Shown here: in pieces, positions 24,059-35,539 of the stretch | How the letters are laid out: every line of letters begins with the position of its first letter | Position numbering within the stretch: position 1 is the stretch's first letter | NCBI GenBank assembly: GCA_032718475.1 | Contig: JAUCBJ010007040.1 | Location: 1-64,000 of the forward strand | Direction of reading: 5' to 3' | Origin: Nemertoderma westbladi | Lineage: Eukaryota > Animalia > Xenacoelomorpha | Length of the DNA stretch: 64,000 nucleotides | Notes under the pieces: model-generated | Told to the model about the DNA's origin: nothing | The model's input: the letters and a program-made list of their open reading frames with translations, nothing else | Database searches by the model: none | Program-made: the position numbers and the translations under genes

Positions 24059-27000
24059 CTAGAAACAACAGCCTGTTTCTCAGATCAAAGTGTAGAGAAT
24101 CCCAGACCGAGGTCTGAAACCCCTCATACTGTAAGAAGGGCAACCCCTGCAGTGGTTGTGTCAGAACCTAGGTTGGCAGAAAAGATTTCGCAATTTGCGA
24201 AGTTAGTGAAGCGCCGTTGGTCTGCCATAGGTACTCGGGCCCAAGTCAAGCGGGATCAAGAAGAAGCTATAAAACAGCAGCAACCTCCTAGCCAAGAACC
24301 TAGTTCTCAGCGGCCCGATAGCTCCAGTAGTTCGGATACTGTTGAGCGGATGCCCGAACGCGGAGCGAAGATGGCGGATACGGTTTATGATGAGCGGCCA
24401 ACCTATGAAGAATCAACCGACGCCACTTCTTCTCAAGTGGAAAGCGAGGTGGAAAGCGAAGTGGAAAGCGAATTAACAGCAGCAGAGAAGCCGCAAACTA
24501 GAGACGCCATTGACATCTATCTGTCAGACTATCAGCGATTCATAGGAGACGAAGAGTTGAGGAGACGACTGTCTGGACTTCGCCGTAATAGTGAAGGAAC
24601 CAAGCTTGTGTTGGACGCAATCGATGCGGAAATGTTAGCTGCGAACCAAGCTAAATTTGATGAACGACTCCGCCTCGTTAGAGTCCAAGAAGAACAAATA
24701 AAGAAAAAACAGATAGAGGACCGAAAGGCAGCAGCAGTAACGGCGGCAGAAGCAGAAGCAGAAAGAAAGGCAGCAGCGGCAGAAGCAGAAGCAAAAAGAA
24801 AAGCAACGGCGGCAGAGGCAGAAGCAAAAAGAAAAGCAGCGGTGGCAGAAGCAGAACGGAGAGCGTCTGAGGAGACCACACAACTGGAGTTGGAAAATCT
24901 TCAAGAGACGCAAGACTGCATAAATAAACAGTTAACTGCTAGTCAAATGCAGATGAGGAGTCGATCTACTCCCAAGCGCCAAGGATACACATCATCAGAG
25001 GAAGGCGAGACCACCGATCCTGAAGGCGGAGGAAATAGATCTCGTCTAAGCAGGCGTAGAAAAACATCTCACCGTCACAAATTGCCTGATTTGCCCCCAG
25101 CGGTTAGAAGACAACTAGCTAGCACAGACTTAGGTAGTACAGAACCCACAGAACAAATTATTCAGGTCAAAGGACTCCCTACCATAGTTGATGAGCCTGA
25201 AATAATTAGGCCTGTCGTTCCCAAAGCCACTTCTGTGCTAGAGACCCCTGTACTTCCAGAGCTTAACTCTAAATTCCCTCTACACAGTACTACACTGCCT
25301 GTACCCGGTAGAACAGTCCATGAGAATATCCCTGTCCTGGAAGCTGAGAGAGAAATCAAAGATTTGTCTCCCGTCGTCCCACGTCAGCCCGCTACAATGT
25401 TGGCGACTCCCGCTTCGGCGGTCGAGTGGGTAGAGGAGGGACGGCGGGGGATGAATCTCCTGCTCGGACAGATGCAGGAGACTGTCTACCAACTTAAGGG
25501 AACAGTAAGAGAAGGTAGGGCAGAATTGCAAGAAGTGCAGCAAAGTATCGCGCTGGAACGCGACAAATTAGTCAATATACAAAAGGGTATACCAATACCC
25601 CCTGTAACATCGTGTCAACCTGTTAGGTCTGAAGTATTACATGCGCAAGGTGTGGAGCCTACACGCATCTATACTGCTAGTGAAGTAGAAACTCCTATAG
25701 CAAACCCTACTAAGGGTGATTATAAACCTGTTGTTAATGATATTACCTATAGACCTGATAATGATCCGAGAAATTTATATACCGATAATTCGATATTAAA
25801 TAACACGATGGCCCAAGAAAGCTTTACGCGTCAGATGGCTAGAACAGAAGCCCGCCAAGCGGTCAAAGTGGGAGAGATCATCAAATTCAATGGGGATGAG
25901 ATGAAATGGTTACCTTTCAATGAATATTACAAAGACAGCATACAGAACTCTGTACTATCTAACGGAGAGAAACTTAGGTTCCTCATCAAGTGTTTGGAAG
26001 GACCTCCCAAGTTGATGGCGTTAAAGTTTATTGGACATCCAGAAGGATTAAGACAAGTTTGGGATACATTAAACATCAGGTATGGTAACAAGGATAACAT
26101 AGCTAAGTATTTGTATGCAAAATTAGTAGCCCCCCGAAACTTCCTTAGTAGCGGGATTATAGAGTTTTCCTATGAGATTCAGGAGATCTGTAGACAATTG
26201 GACTGGTTAGGTAAGTCTCATGAATATCAGAGTTCCATGGTTATTGGAGCAGTAGTCTCTACTTTACCAAAGGGTGGAGTATGTACACGCTGGGACAAGA
26301 AAGTGTTGTATATGAATGAGCAGCAACGACGAAGCCCTACCATGGCTGATCTCATGTCCTTCTTAGATAGTGAAGTAAAATTACAACTCATAAGGCAGTC
26401 CAGAGAGAAAACATCGGAAAATAAGGTAAGTGAGAAACCCGTTTCTAGGAGAAGGATAATACCAGTGTGTTATACTGACGACGGCGAAAGCCAAGCTTCT
26501 CAAGAAGAGGACAGCGGGAAAGACACAGCAAAATCTTACTATGACAACAAGACCTATAAAGACGTAAGTAAATACAAGTCTCGAACCAGTGACAGGAGAG
26601 AACAGGTAACAACAACTCCTCCTACGTCTCCTAAGAGAATTCACGGAAGAAAGCCCGAAGAAAGAACGAGAGTGCATAACGTTACCCAAGGTAAAGTGAG
26701 TAACATCAAACCAAAATGTGCGCTGTGCGACGGGCCCCACCGTTTGAGCGCGTGTGCTGAATTTCTAAAGAAATCCCTTGTAGACAGACGTGCAGTCCTG
26801 TGGAATAAGCGGTTATGCTATAATTGCCTCAGATCAGGACACCAACGGCGAACCTGTTACTCCGACGTAAAGTGTGCAAAGTGTGGCGCGAAACATCACA
26901 TCTTGTTACACAGTGAGTTCGAACGAGACAACCCGAGTCAGGTAAGTGAGCCCGAATTACATGTCCAATTCAGTGATGTAAATGACACTGATCAAGAATC

Positions 27001-27196
27001 TGAGATGGAAGGATTCTATACGGACGAATTCTCCGACGCCAACGAATCCTGTTACCTAATAAATACCGCAGTGTATCGAGCACTTACGCATGAAAAGGAC
27101 ACCGACAATGAGTTCCCCCCAACTACCTTTGACAGACAACCATCTTGGAAAGCTCCAACTTCCAACAGAGGAATCAGAGAATTTCCTGTAGTGTAG
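24059..27196 (+). CDS. BEL/Pao Gag (true ATG at 18618, separated by the Gypsy insertion)
   Basis: IIKFNGDEMKWLPF...EKLRFLIKCLEG...LNIRYG (DUF1759-like) and triple zinc knuckles CALCDGPH..C, CYNCLRSGH..C, CAKCGAKHHILLH. Contains a 33-nt EAEAKRKA repeat at ~24740-24860. Confidence 0.9.
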   Translation, partial: LETTACFSDQSVENPRPRSETPHTVRRATPAVVVSEPRLAEKISQFAKLVKRRWSAIGTRAQVKRDQEEAIKQQQPPSQEPSSQRPDSSSSSDTVERMPERGAKMADTVYDERPTYEESTDATSSQVESEVESEVESELTAAEKPQTRDAIDIYLSDYQRFIGDEELRRRLSGLRRNSEGTKLVLDAIDAEMLAANQAKFDERLRLVRVQEEQIKKKQIEDRKAAAVTAAEAEAERKAAAAEAEAKRKATAAEAEAKRKAAVAEAERRASEETTQLELENLQETQDCINKQLTASQMQMRSRSTPKRQGYTSSEEGETTDPEGGGNRSRLSRRRKTSHRHKLPDLPPAVRRQLASTDLGSTEPTEQIIQVKGLPTIVDEPEIIRPVVPKATSVLETPVLPELNSKFPLHSTTLPVPGRTVHENIPVLEAEREIKDLSPVVPRQPATMLATPASAVEWVEEGRRGMNLLLGQMQETVYQLKGTVREGRAELQEVQQSIALERDKLVNIQKGIPIPPVTSCQPVRSEVLHAQGVEPTRIYTASEVETPIANPTKGDYKPVVNDITYRPDNDPRNLYTDNSILNNTMAQESFTRQMARTEARQAVKVGEIIKFNGDEMKWLPFNEYYKDSIQNSVLSNGEKLRFLIKCLEGPPKLMALKFIGHPEGLRQVWDTLNIRYGNKDNIAKYLYAKLVAPRNFLSSGIIEFSYEIQEICRQLDWLGKSHEYQSSMVIGAVVSTLPKGGVCTRWDKKVLYMNEQQRRSPTMADLMSFLDSEVKLQLIRQSREKTSENKVSEKPVSRRRIIPVCYTDDGESQASQEEDSGKDTAKSYYDNKTYKDVSKYKSRTSDRREQVTTTPPTSPKRIHGRKPEERTRVHNVTQGKVSNIKPKCALCDGPHRLSACAEFLKKSLVDRRAVLWNKRLCYNCLRSGHQRRTCYSDVKCAKCGAKHHILLHSEFERDNPSQVSEPELHVQFSDVNDTDQESEMEGFYTDEFSDANESCYLINTAVYRALTHEKDTDNEFPPTTFDRQPSWKAPTSNRGIREFPVV

Positions 27197-28150
27197 GTAA
27201 GAGTTCACGGTCCTAACAAAAGTTACATAGTGAACGCCCTCCTTGACTCCGGCAGCACAGGAACATTCATCGATCAAGAACTAGCCGAAGACATCTTTGC
27301 TGGACAACCCAAATTCCAAACTAAGTTGAATATGTCCGGAATTATGCAGGTTTGGAAATCTACCATAACGGCAGATTACTATGTAGGTGTGTTGTCCACC
27401 CCCCAGGATAAATTAGGAGCACAAGGTATAAGGTCGGTAAAAATGGTGGCTATAAAGAACTTCGTTACAACCCAAGCAGACCTCTATAATTGGGACGAGG
27501 ATGAGAGCATCCAACATCTTAAGATACCTCGATTCCAGACAGATTATCCTGGAGTGCAAATACTCATCGGCCAAAACGCGCATGAGGCGCTCGAGACATT
27601 GGAGAAACGGCCTGCTCAACCGCAGCCACTACAAACCTATGCGGTAAGAACTAGAGTAGGTTGGTACTTCACTGGCCCTTCCCGTAGAACTCTCAAAGAG
27701 AGATTACCTCAACAACAGGTATACCAAGTAAAGGAATGGGAAGTGGAGAGCAGTGATGTGGACGATCCAACTGAGGGAACACCATACTCCTCAGATAATG
27801 ACGATATTAACTCCAATGTAGATCAATGGAGACATTGCCTTGGGACGATTAATCCAGCCGACATCGCTTCCAGAGGAGCAACTCCTCAAGAACTGATAGA
27901 TACTCCAGGCTGGTTAGGTGGATCCGACTTCTTAAGTAAAGAAGAAGAAGAATGGCCTCCTCATCTTACCACGGCGGAGATTAGACAGGCCAAGGGAGCG
28001 GAGAAAGTAACACAACAACTCAATCGCCCAGCTAGTCGTTTATGTTTACTGGAAAGAGACCGAAAACTGTCCGGAAACTATGGAAGGCAAGATACTCTTC
28101 CTACGACCACTTCCCTAATCCGACAAATATCTAGGGACTCCATAACTTAA
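27197..28150 (+). CDS. BEL aspartic protease fused by deletion to a post-RNase H remnant
   Basis: In frame with gag after a TAG: VRVHGP..VNALLDSGSTGTF, ILIGQN, TRVGWYFTGP, then directly WRHCLGTINPADIASRG...WLGGSDFL...WP. No RT or integrase motifs. Confidence 0.85.
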   Translation, partial: VRVHGPNKSYIVNALLDSGSTGTFIDQELAEDIFAGQPKFQTKLNMSGIMQVWKSTITADYYVGVLSTPQDKLGAQGIRSVKMVAIKNFVTTQADLYNWDEDESIQHLKIPRFQTDYPGVQILIGQNAHEALETLEKRPAQPQPLQTYAVRTRVGWYFTGPSRRTLKERLPQQQVYQVKEWEVESSDVDDPTEGTPYSSDNDDINSNVDQWRHCLGTINPADIASRGATPQELIDTPGWLGGSDFLSKEEEEWPPHLTTAEIRQAKGAEKVTQQLNRPASRLCLLERDRKLSGNYGRQDTLPTTTSLIRQISRDSIT

Positions 28151-28689
28151 TAACATATGGAGTGGGCGTGTGACTATATCATTTTATATTTGTTTTTATT
28201 TTATATTTATGTATGTATTATTATGTAATTTTATTATAATCGTTTCCTTTAATTTTATTTAGTAGAATGTTATTTTAGTGATTATTTAGTAGATTAGTGC
28301 AATATATTAGTGTTTATTACGTAATTACATATATATAATATATATTTAGTGTGACGGCGAGAAATAATTTTTTCTCTTTCCTTACTGTCCGTATCATATT
28401 ATCAATACGTGACTACAGTAAGATGAAATGTCTGTACTTATTAAAGTACAATAAAGCCACTACTATATTCAAGTATTATTGGTAGGCAGAGTATTAGGAA
28501 TGCAATGTTCAGATCCTCGTGTCTCGGCTAAACCAAGCTCTGGGTAGACCTTGGAAACGACTTGCCTCTTCACACTGACATTGCTTCGTGCGATATTGCT
28601 CTCATACCATATATAATAATACATATAGTAGCGTGATGTCCCTATAACAGTAGCGTAAAACGCAAATAAATCTGTTAAACCTTTTGACC

Positions 28690-28975
28690 ATCTGTAATTC
28701 TAGTCGATTAAGATATCGCGGCACCCACCGATATACTTGAAAGACAAATTCTAGAATCAGTGGTTAACGTCCCCAGACAAGTTCTGGAATAAATTGGTGC
28801 CCATCTCAAATATTAATTATTTAATATTTACGAATCTATAAATCAAAATCTGTAAAATTCAGATCCTTTAACAATTCTAGTCGATTAAGATATCGTAGCA
28901 CTTACCGATACTCTTAAAAGACAATTTTATAGAATTAAGGATCCTAAGTCCCCAGACATGCTCTGGAATAAAAAT
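28690..28975 (+). repeat. ~177-bp diverged tandem duplication in the BEL internal spacer
   Basis: aattctagtcgattaagatatcg...gtccccagaca..ctggaataaa occurs at ~28696 and ~28873. Confidence 0.8.
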
Positions 28976-29791
28976 TGTGTCAATTTTAACATCAAATAAT
29001 AAAATTCACGGGAATAAATTTAAATTCATATTTTAAATGAATTTCATAAATTGTCATTTTGTGCAATTTATAACATTCCCAAAATCCCATTAATTAATAG
29101 ATCATGGGAGCGGAGATTCATCCTATTGAGTGTATTAGAGTGCGAGAATCTCCGACATATAGTCAATAGCAAATAAAATTAATAAAATCATGTATAAAGA
29201 GGATATTGACAATTAAAGAATTACTATTAAATAGCATTCCAGATCTGTATGCATGAGAATTACCCTAATTCTACCGCTAGTTTTCCATAATGTCACCATA
29301 GCAACACCCACGCTAGAATTAGAAGCAAGTTAAAAGAACAATAGAAAGCTTGTCCCATTGCATAGCATAGAGAATACATAGCACACTGTTAGTATCCAAG
29401 GATATACAGTAATAACGTGACATTCTGGAAGGCACTGACTAACGGACAAATGGCCTGTATGTGTACAATTGGTGACAGTTGTGTGGAATTTGTGCGTTTA
29501 TAGGTGAATGTTACTGCTAAAGTATGTTTACAGTAGCTAGTCGCAATTGTAAAAGTAACCCAACTCTCCTATAGAAAGAACCTAAAGTGGATTCAAGCCT
29601 TTGGGACGGACAGTGGAGTGACTTGTGCCGGTTATCGTTGTCGTGCTGTTGCTACATGTTGGCGTAAACACCGCGACGACGGTACATCGGCGCTGAGAAT
29701 CCCACTGTCCGGGGGCAAAGAGAGGTAGGCAGCGACGTCCGCTCGCCTAAACATAAACTCATTTCGATATTAATAAACTCAGATAGCAGAT

Positions 29792-31291
29792 ATGACGGAG
29801 TTGATAGAAGATGATCTTGGTATCAGGGAGCGATATACTCTACCTTTACAAGCATTTGTGGATAGCTTGATACGCGGTGAAACCGATCCAACCATTACAG
29901 AGGACGATGGTCGTTATATCGAACCGCCGATGTCCCAAGAACAACTTACGCGTGAATTGGACTATCGAAAATTCACCGCTCGCTATACGCATCGTAATAG
30001 TACGTATATGGACTTCCTAACTACCGGCCATCCTATCGATTTACATGATACGGACGATGTAGACACCGAAAGGGAAATGGTTCTATTTAAATATCATACC
30101 CAGCGGAGTCGTAAAGATAAACCGAGAATAGATCACGAAAATTCTATTCGTAACAGACTGGGAAGACGAACCAATATGCCTAGAATCTGAGGAGATTCAG
30201 CCTATCGCGCCCGGAACAGCGATAACGATTACATCCTAGAATGGTATCAAGGTCCACAGTGTCTCACTGCGTACGATTATCGCCATGCCAACTATGTTTC
30301 TCGGCAACGTTGTCGGTTATGCGCATCAAGAGACCATGTTACGCCCATGGACACAAACGTCCGCTGTTCCTATTACCACGAACAACCAGCGATGGAAATT
30401 TATTGCGCGTATTGCAGACTCAATAACTTGCACATTTTTGCGGTTTACCCTCAATTTATGACTCAATGTCACCATTGTCAAATAAAGAGACACACCAGTT
30501 TCGATTGCCCTTTTAATCACGATTTGGAAAGCGTAGATGAAATGATCACACTACGTTACATCAGAGCTTGGGAAGCGAACGCTGATTTACATTGTGATTC
30601 GCGCCATCGCTATTATCCTGGACGCGCTTACTAAGGAGTTTATGCGTTCCATCCTTATCTATTCGCTTCTGTCGAACAGAAATCACGCATATCGAGTTAC
30701 GAACTACTGAAGCGCGTCGGAGAATGTATTTCAACCAAGTTCGTGCGCAAATTTCTCAGGAGTGTTAATCCTAGCGACCTACATTCCTATAACTTAATCA
30801 ATTATATCCGTCAGGATCCGGACTATGGAGACTTATTTGTTAACTCACACCCCGAGTTACAGGAAGTATATCGACGGCCTTACGAATACCGAGTCCGCGA
30901 ACGCGAGTTGGAAAGAACCATTAAACCCAGGAGGTTTCTGACTGCCTATGGTCCACCCACGGCTCTCGTTCAGACCACTCGTAAAGGACCCGTAAGAGCG
31001 GCTGTCTTAAAACGCGCTCTCAAAGCCGTTAGACCCCTCTCCCCCGACGTTGATGTCAATCAACCCGGCACTTCGACTGGCGGATACACCGACCATAATC
31101 CTACACCCTCTGATGCAATCATATTGCACCCTTCACCCAGGAGTTATAGCCCTCCTTGTAAAGTGGCTAGCCCCAAAGAGAAAGGACTCTGGCCAGCTTT
31201 AAAAAACTGCGTAAACGCCGTCCGTGCAAGAAAGGCTAGCTGTTTAGAGTATTTACATATATTAGAAACTGTGATTTTTGTATATTTATAA
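29792..31291 (+). pseudogene. BEL accessory ORF3, ~499 codons, zinc-knuckle protein of unknown function with two in-frame stops
   Basis: ORFs 29792, 30347 and 30743 share one frame. The intervening sequence is open except for TGA at 30188 and TAA at 30632. Contains CRLC..H, CAYC..H and a CX2CX4HX4C motif (CHHCQIKRHTSFDC). Confidence 0.75.
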
Positions 31292-31317
31292 ACTTGAATC
31301 CCATTTTCTGGGAGCGG

Positions 31318-32516
31318 TGTAAAAGCTTTTGCGGATATACTCAGTCCCCCTCGCCCGCAAGGTACCGTTATAGGTGTTTTAACGGACATAAAAGTCATTC
31401 TTCTATATGTGTGCTTTGGCGGACATGGTAAGGCAAAAAACCCGCAAATGCGTCAAATACCCTGGCACAGCTTAGCCTTGATGATTCAGATTACGACATC
31501 TAACAGCTGGTTGCTGACATGGAAACGGCCATTGGACACATGGTTCTTTGTTTAGCTTAACAGCCAATCAGAGCGATTTTTTCTGTCGATGTGGAGATAT
31601 TTGGCCGATCGTGCTAGGAGTGTTCAGTCTTACTGTTTTTCGTGATACTGTTGTGTTGTTTCTATCTAGGCCAGGAACACCGGCTCTAGAGTCAATTCGT
31701 TTCAGACTTTAGAAGAAACATTAGTAGGCTTAAGATTATAGAGCGTATAACTGTTATCGGCTCAATCATAATATATCATAACATATCACATAACTTGTCA
31801 TATCATATCTTAACCTACCGTCTTAATGCTTTTTACTGTTGTCATATTTTGTATCAGTTGGTTGAATATTATTTGGAGAACATTTATAAAGAACCCAAAT
31901 TTCCCAATTTTCTTGATACACTACAGGTTAGAGAGACCGGTTACATATAGCGATTGCGACTTATATTATTGTGGTTTGTAGTGAATTTAATGCTATTTGA
32001 TAAGCACTACACGAGTCAGTTGCTGTTCTCTTTATATATGATAAAATTCATTGACGGTCGGCAAATTAGTGAGCAGTATTGTGTGTTACCGGTAGTGTGC
32101 ATGATTGTGGCTGATAACTAAGCATTTCCTAAAGAATGCGCCTCATACGTGAATCATAAGCCTTACCGACTTACCGTTGTGATTAGTATAAGTCATATCT
32201 CTGTTTACCTAGATAGAGCGCCACGTCCTAAAGGAACTGTTAATATTTCCCGAAAGTGAATAATATTGGTCAGAAATTATTTATTAACGATCAATCGAAT
32301 AATACAGTAAGCTTACACTGCAATAATAATCTAAGCCCTCAGAATCCAGTCTCCCGGGTATATCCAGCGGGTGAATGGACGCGCACTAGGCTGGCTTCTG
32401 CTAATGTTGTGTTTATTGGTATTAAATATTTGTCAATTTCTAAAGTCTATTTATAAACCAAAAGACATATAAATTTTGGCAGGTTAAACTGCTAAAGGTC
32501 TTCAAAAGCGCGTACA
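31318..32516 (+). repeat. 3' LTR of BEL-type element
   Basis: TGTAAAAGC...GCGTACA, followed by the TSD CTACC. Confidence 0.97.
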
Positions 32517-32521
32517 CTACC

Positions 32522-34660
32522 CTAAAATCTTTAGGTTATAAAAACCTTAAATCTAAATCGAATATTGTTCTGCAAGATAACGGTGAGCTGATTCATGATC
32601 ATACTCTAGTTAGTAATTTATTTAATAATTATTTTACTAATGTTGCCTCTAATTTAGTTAAGAAGTTACCGTTATCAAGTAATAAATATAGTATAGGGTC
32701 CGAAACTCTAAATAATTTTTATTTAGAAAAGTTACAATATTCGGAAAAGTTATTTTTAAAACCCGTTTCTGAGGATTTCGTTTTTCAAAATCTACTTAGC
32801 CTATCAGCCTCAAAAAGTACCGGTCTAGACCTAATACCTGCCCGTTTTCTTAAGGATGGTGCTGAAGTACTTAAAGTGCCTATTACTTTTATTATTAATT
32901 ACTCTATCGTAGATAATGTAGTACCAGACGAACTGAAATTAGCTAAGGTTGTTCCTCTGTATAAAAAGAATAGTAAAGTAGAACCCTGTAATTACAGACC
33001 TGTTAGTATCTTAAGTATTGTATCTAAAATTCTAGAACATTCTGTTTTTCTACAGCTGGAGGCACATCTTGGTAGGCTAAATCTGATCTATGAACTTCAG
33101 TCCGGTTTTCGTAAATCATATTCTACAGACACCTGCCTTATTAACTTAACTGATACAATTAGATGTAATAACGGAAAGGGTTTATATACTGGTATGGTAA
33201 TGTTGGACCTACAAAAGGCTTTCCATACTGTAGATCACGAAATTCTGCTTGGTAATTTAGGCCTGATGGGTGTAGGTTCTATAGACTGGTTCAAGTCCTA
33301 CCTGTCAGACAGAGGTCAAACTGCAGTCATTAGCAAATCGCCGTCTACTGTACAAGAGATTACCTGTGGTGTACCGCAAGGTAGTATATTAGGTCCTCTG
33401 CTTTTTGTATGCTATGTAAATGATATGATAAGTAGTATAGATCCCGATTTTAAACTCATTTTCTATGCCGACTACAGTGCTCTTATTTTCTCTCATAAAG
33501 ATCCTATCCATATTTCCCAAAAGTTAAGTGCAGTTCTAGAATCCTGTAATGAGTGGTTGGTTGATAATAAGCTATCCATTCACTACGGTAAGACTGAAAG
33601 TATTTTGTTTGGTTCCAAAAGAAAGTTAAAGAAGGTAACTAAGTTTGAAGTCACTAGTAATGGACATAAGATTGAAAATAAAAAGGAAGTTAAATATTTA
33701 GGCGCCACATTGGATAACTGCTTATCAGGAGAAAGTACAGTAAAAAATATTTTCTCGAAAGTTAACAGTAGGCTTAGGTTTCTATACAGAAATAAAAATA
33801 GTTTGAACACCGACTCCCGCAAGTTACTTTGCTCTTCTTTAATACAGTGTCACATGGACTATGCGTGCTCTTCTTGGTATGAAGGCTTAACCAAACAGCT
33901 TAAATGTAAATTACAAGTAGCTCAGAATAAAGTAGTACGATTTATTAAAGACTACAAACCTAGGCACCACCTAACTCCAGATGACTTTTCTGAATCTGGA
34001 CTACTTAACTTAGATAGTAGAGTTAAGCAGCTACGCCTTAACTATGTGCATAAAATAATGGTAAATGTCCCAATTATCTAAAACAAAAATTCAACAGAGT
34101 ACGCGATACACACTCTTATAGTACCAGAGCTAGTGCTTCAAACTTCTACCTCCCGAATTGTAAATCCTTTGAATCTGATACTTTATTTTTTAACGGCATT
34201 AAAAATTGGAACGCTCTGCCTAATGAAATAAAAAACCTAGATAATCAACATTCTTTTAAATCTGCAGTTAAATCTCACCTCCATGCGCAATGTAAAAATA
34301 GGTACAATAGTCCTACAGTAAGTTATTAGTTTATTAATTATTTACTATTTATACTGTAATTACGTTTTATATTAAATTGTTCTGTACATTACATCTTTAT
34401 CGTTGAGTCGGGCATTGTCACGCTCTCTGTAAAGTTGTACATGTACATAGTGTAATTACGTTTTATATGGGTTTTAGGTTAGCGTAGTGTAATATTGTAT
34501 TTGTAACCAAGTAACATAAAGGACCCCCTTGGAAATATGCTGCAAAGCTTTAGGGGTAATCCTATATGTTATGTTGGACAATACCTTTATACCGGTACAT
34601 TGTTTGGTGTATTTGTTATTGTTTTTACATAATGTATAAATAAATAAATCTATCTATATA
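32522..34660 (+). mobile_element. CR1/L2-group LINE, 3' part (RT domain and 3' tail)
   Basis: The frame resumes across the insertion (KSLWST|LKSLGYK). RT motifs NYRPVSIL, QSGFR, DLQKAF and GVPQGSILGP are present; catalytic YADD is mutated to YADY. Tail aataaataaataaatctatcta at ~34636-34660. Confidence 0.92.
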
Positions 34661-35539
34661 GAATTTGCCAAACATCAAAACTAAAGACATAAATGATATC
34701 AGCGTCCCAAAAAACCAACAAAACGAAAGTTGTAGATATAACGTGTGGTTTTTGTATGTAGACTGGCATTCCAACAGACGTAAATACAGACCGACAGACA
34801 GCCAGCCAGATAGACCGACAAGATTTAATTTACGTATTGAAGACGTAGGCAACCGTGACCGTTTCTTCTTGAACATATTTTGCTATTATTTTACACCAGA
34901 CTAACCAAGTTGCTCAAAAAGTTGCCGGCCACGTAGCTGGTAAATTTGCCTCCTTTAAACTGCGAAAAAATTAAGTTGCTCTAAAAAGTTGCTAGTTGCC
35001 GACAAAGTTGCTCAAAAAATTGCCACGTGTAAACTGGCCTTTAAAAGACAAATTGCATGAGTGAAATTCTCTAATTCTAGAACATTCATATTATATCTCC
35101 ATTGAGTAAAAGTTAGAAAAGGCAAATAAATTTGGAAAAAGTCCAACGAAATGCCCAGAAAACGGGTCTATAGACTACAGAGTGTAATAGATTTTTCGCG
35201 CCTCCGTAGGCAAACATACAAAAATGCACTCTGTCATGATTCTGATTTAAAAATGCAATAATCACTACACAATTATTCCCTTTCCCCCCCTTTCCCACTG
35301 TAATATTTCATTCCGTTAATATCCAATATTACAACATGATTTCGATCCCAGACATCCTTAACCGCCCTTACCCACCTTTCCAACCTATATTGCCGGCTAC
35401 TCCCCTACAAATTACTGCTATCCAATCTCATTGTTCCCATGAGAGTTCCTCTCATTGGCCCCTCAGTACGCCAACCTTCACTCACCTATTAATCTTACCC
35501 AGTTATTAACAAAGGAATAATTGATAACCAGCAAACTCG

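Larger units (their letters stand above)
15188..32516 (+). mobile_element. Non-autonomous BEL/Pao-type LTR retrotransposon (gag-PR, pol deleted, extra ORF3), containing a nested Gypsy
   Basis: TG...CA LTRs of 1199 bp, CTACC TSD at 15183-15187 and 32517-32521, purine-rich gggagcgg before the 3' LTR, and BEL-type gag and protease. Confidence 0.93.

Noticed and set aside
27194-30634. Alternative genetic code as the explanation for in-frame stops
   Set aside because: All three stop types occur, and RPL3 (TAA), Gypsy integrase (TGA) and the CRE-like ORF (TAG) end normally at standard stops.
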